Under the pieces are notes generated by a model, which did not search any database, was not told the origin of the DNA, and worked only from the letters and a program-made list of their open reading frames with translations. Shown piece after piece: positions 62,324 through 64,000 of a stretch of 64,000 bases of DNA. The position numbers and the translations under genes were made by a program. Source of the DNA: an uncultured Pelagibacteraceae bacterium (GTDB taxonomy: Bacteria; Pseudomonadota; Alphaproteobacteria; Pelagibacterales; Pelagibacteraceae); NCBI GenBank assembly GCA_902530715.1, contig CACABD010000001.1, positions 1,601 through 65,600 on the forward strand, read 5' to 3'. The first letter of the stretch is position 1. Each line of letters starts with the position of its first letter.

Positions 62324-63028
62324 CTAAATTTTAATACCCTTATATTTTTTCATACATACGTTTGCCAATAATAAATTAGGGTCTATAAATATTTTTGATT
62401 TCTTAGCTTTTTTGAAAGACTTAAAAGCAAAAATAGCAATTGGTATTTCTGTACATCCGAGAATAATTTTTTTACACCTTATTTTAATTAAATATCTTAC
62501 AGCAGGACCAATGATTTTTTCAGATTCTTTAACTTTGCCAGATTTAACCAGCTGAATAGCTTTATTAACACATTTTTTTTGTAGATTTTTAGTTGGTGTA
62601 ACTAATTCAAAATTTCTAGACAAATAGTTATGATAAATCTTTGTATTTATAGTGGCTTCAGTTGCCAATAATCCAATTTTACAATTTCTTTTACATGTTT
62701 TTTTAGTGTGAAGAAAAACTTCTTTAGGCATACTGATTATTGGAATTTTTATTTTTCTTTGCAAATCATTATACCAATAATGAGCAGTGTTACATGGCAT
62801 TACAATAAATTTACACTTATTTTTCTGAAGTAATCGACAACCTTTAACAAGCTCATCAAGAACATTAAAATATCTTTTTAAATTCCCAGGTCTTTCTGGC
62901 GTATCAGATTTATTAAATAATATAAATTTAGGATATTGTTGGTCTTTTTTTCCTCTATTTAAAACTGCAATTTTATTACAAAAATCTAATCCTGCTTGAG
63001 TTCCCATGCCACCTAAAATACCAATCAT
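62324..63028 (-). CDS. Aspartate/glutamate racemase family
   Basis: IGILGGMG, PCNTAH, ILGCTEIP. Confidence 0.9.
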   Translation of the reverse strand: MIGILGGMGTQAGLDFCNKIAVLNRGKKDQQYPKFILFNKSDTPERPGNLKRYFNVLDELVKGCRLLQKNKCKFIVMPCNTAHYWYNDLQRKIKIPIISMPKEVFLHTKKTCKRNCKIGLLATEATINTKIYHNYLSRNFELVTPTKNLQKKCVNKAIQLVKSGKVKESEKIIGPAVRYLIKIRCKKIILGCTEIPIAIFAFKSFKKAKKSKIFIDPNLLLANVCMKKYKGIKI

Positions 63029-63426
63029 ATTTTCTTAATCACTTTCCAAACCCCTGTTGCAGATGCAATTAATTGATCTTTTTTGTTTAAGACACAATTA
63101 ACAAATACCATACTTTTGGTTTTTTTAAGTATTTGAACATTTCCTATCAACTCATCCTCTTTTCTTGATGGTGCTATAAATTTGATATCAAGCGATACGG
63201 TAACACAAGATTTTTGATTAGTTGTCCTATGCACAGCAGTTCCTGCTCCAGCGTCTATCAATGAGCAAATAAAACCACCATGGGTAATCTCTCGTTTATT
63301 TAAATGAAACTCCCTAATTGTTGCTTTAAATTCATACTCATTTTCAGAAATTTCTCTAAAATAAAGACCACCATTGTGGTGCATAAATCCAGATACTCTA
63401 CTAATTTGTTCAAAATCTTTTTTCAT
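63025..63426 (-). CDS. PaaI-family thioesterase
   Basis: HLN...HGGFICSLID hot-dog motif. Confidence 0.88.
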   Translation of the reverse strand: MKKDFEQISRVSGFMHHNGGLYFREISENEYEFKATIREFHLNKREITHGGFICSLIDAGAGTAVHRTTNQKSCVTVSLDIKFIAPSRKEDELIGNVQILKKTKSMVFVNCVLNKKDQLIASATGVWKVIKKI

Positions 63427-63521
63427 ATATAATTAAAGAACTACAGTTAGCAAAATCAGAAATAAAAATACAATTACAAAAAAAAATATTACACTTTTCT
63501 GTAAAGAAATTTTCATATAAT

Positions 63522-63598
63522 TGGTGCGCCTGCTAGGAGTCGAACCCAGAACCTCCTGGTCCGTAGCCAAGCGCTCTATCCAATTGAGCTACAGGCGC
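63522..63598 (-). tRNA. tRNA-Arg(ACG)
   Basis: Reverse complement GCGCCTGTAGCTCAATTGGATAGAGC...CTACGGA...GGTTCGACTCC...GGCGCACCA. Confidence 0.96.
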
Positions 63599-63663
63599 TA
63601 ATAAATTAACATAAATCATCTATATTTTAATGTAATTTTTAAATTTAAGTTTATTCTATCGTA

Positions 63664-64000
63664 ATGTCAAAAAATTCTAAAGATATAGTTTTAACATCTG
63701 CCTTGAGAACATCAGTGGGTAAATTTGGTGGCATTCATAAGAAAGTTCAAGCCCATGAATTAGGCTCAATTGTTATAGAAGGTATTTTAAAAAAAACTAA
63801 AATAGATCCACTAGAGATAGATGAAGTCATACTTGGCCAAGTTTTACCGAGTCTAGGCGGACAAAATCCTGCAAGACAAGCTTTAATAAAATCTGGAATC
63901 CCTAAAGAAAAAACTGCATTTAATATTAATCAAGTTTGTGGATCAGGACTAAGAGCCATTGTTTTAGGATATCAATCAATTTGTATGGGAACATCAAAAT
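63664..64000 (+). CDS. Acetyl-CoA acetyltransferase (thiolase), runs off window
   Basis: MSKNSKDIVLTSALRTSVGKFGG...EVILGQVL...GQNPARQA...INQVCGSGLRAI. Confidence 0.9.
   Translation, partial: MSKNSKDIVLTSALRTSVGKFGGIHKKVQAHELGSIVIEGILKKTKIDPLEIDEVILGQVLPSLGGQNPARQALIKSGIPKEKTAFNINQVCGSGLRAIVLGYQSICMGTSK

Noticed and set aside
62324-63598. Island integrated at tRNA-Arg (racemase + thioesterase); likewise at tRNA-Leu
   Set aside because: No duplicated tRNA 3' end or integrase seen by eye

Overview
Very AT-rich, gene-dense alphaproteobacterial chromosome segment. Protein sequences, tiny spacers and gene order point to a streamlined SAR11 / Ca. Pelagibacter-type genome (inference). Most of the window is core housekeeping: dapB, dnaJ-dnaK-grpE, maeB, murJ-trpS, fur-miaB-phoH-ybeY-lnt-metK, nusA-infB-rbfA-rpsO-pnp, sodB, fabI-fabB-fabA, irr-katG, dut-coaBC-ubiB-ubiE, mutM-rpsT-dnaA-dnaN, lysA-argH, carD-fdxA and two tRNAs. 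The most unusual locus is 31.1-33.0 kb: a 1,548-bp integrase-less element carrying one PD-(D/E)XK nuclease-like gene. It is bounded by a perfect 16-bp direct repeat and has symmetric arrays of TACACGAAGTTT repeats about 45 bp inside each end (attP-like arm architecture). It sits in a terminator hairpin that resembles the 3' end of alphaproteobacterial two-piece tmRNA, just behind a small gene whose leader folds into two tandem covarying pseudoknots. Other signals missed by the ORF track: a 59-aa 8-Cys protein behind two near-perfect Fur boxes, a fur gene frameshifted in an A10 run, three Irr/ICE boxes at irr-katG, and a stand-alone 23-aa Lys/Arg peptide gene facing a CarD with a long basic extension. 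All calls were made by eye; no database searches were run.
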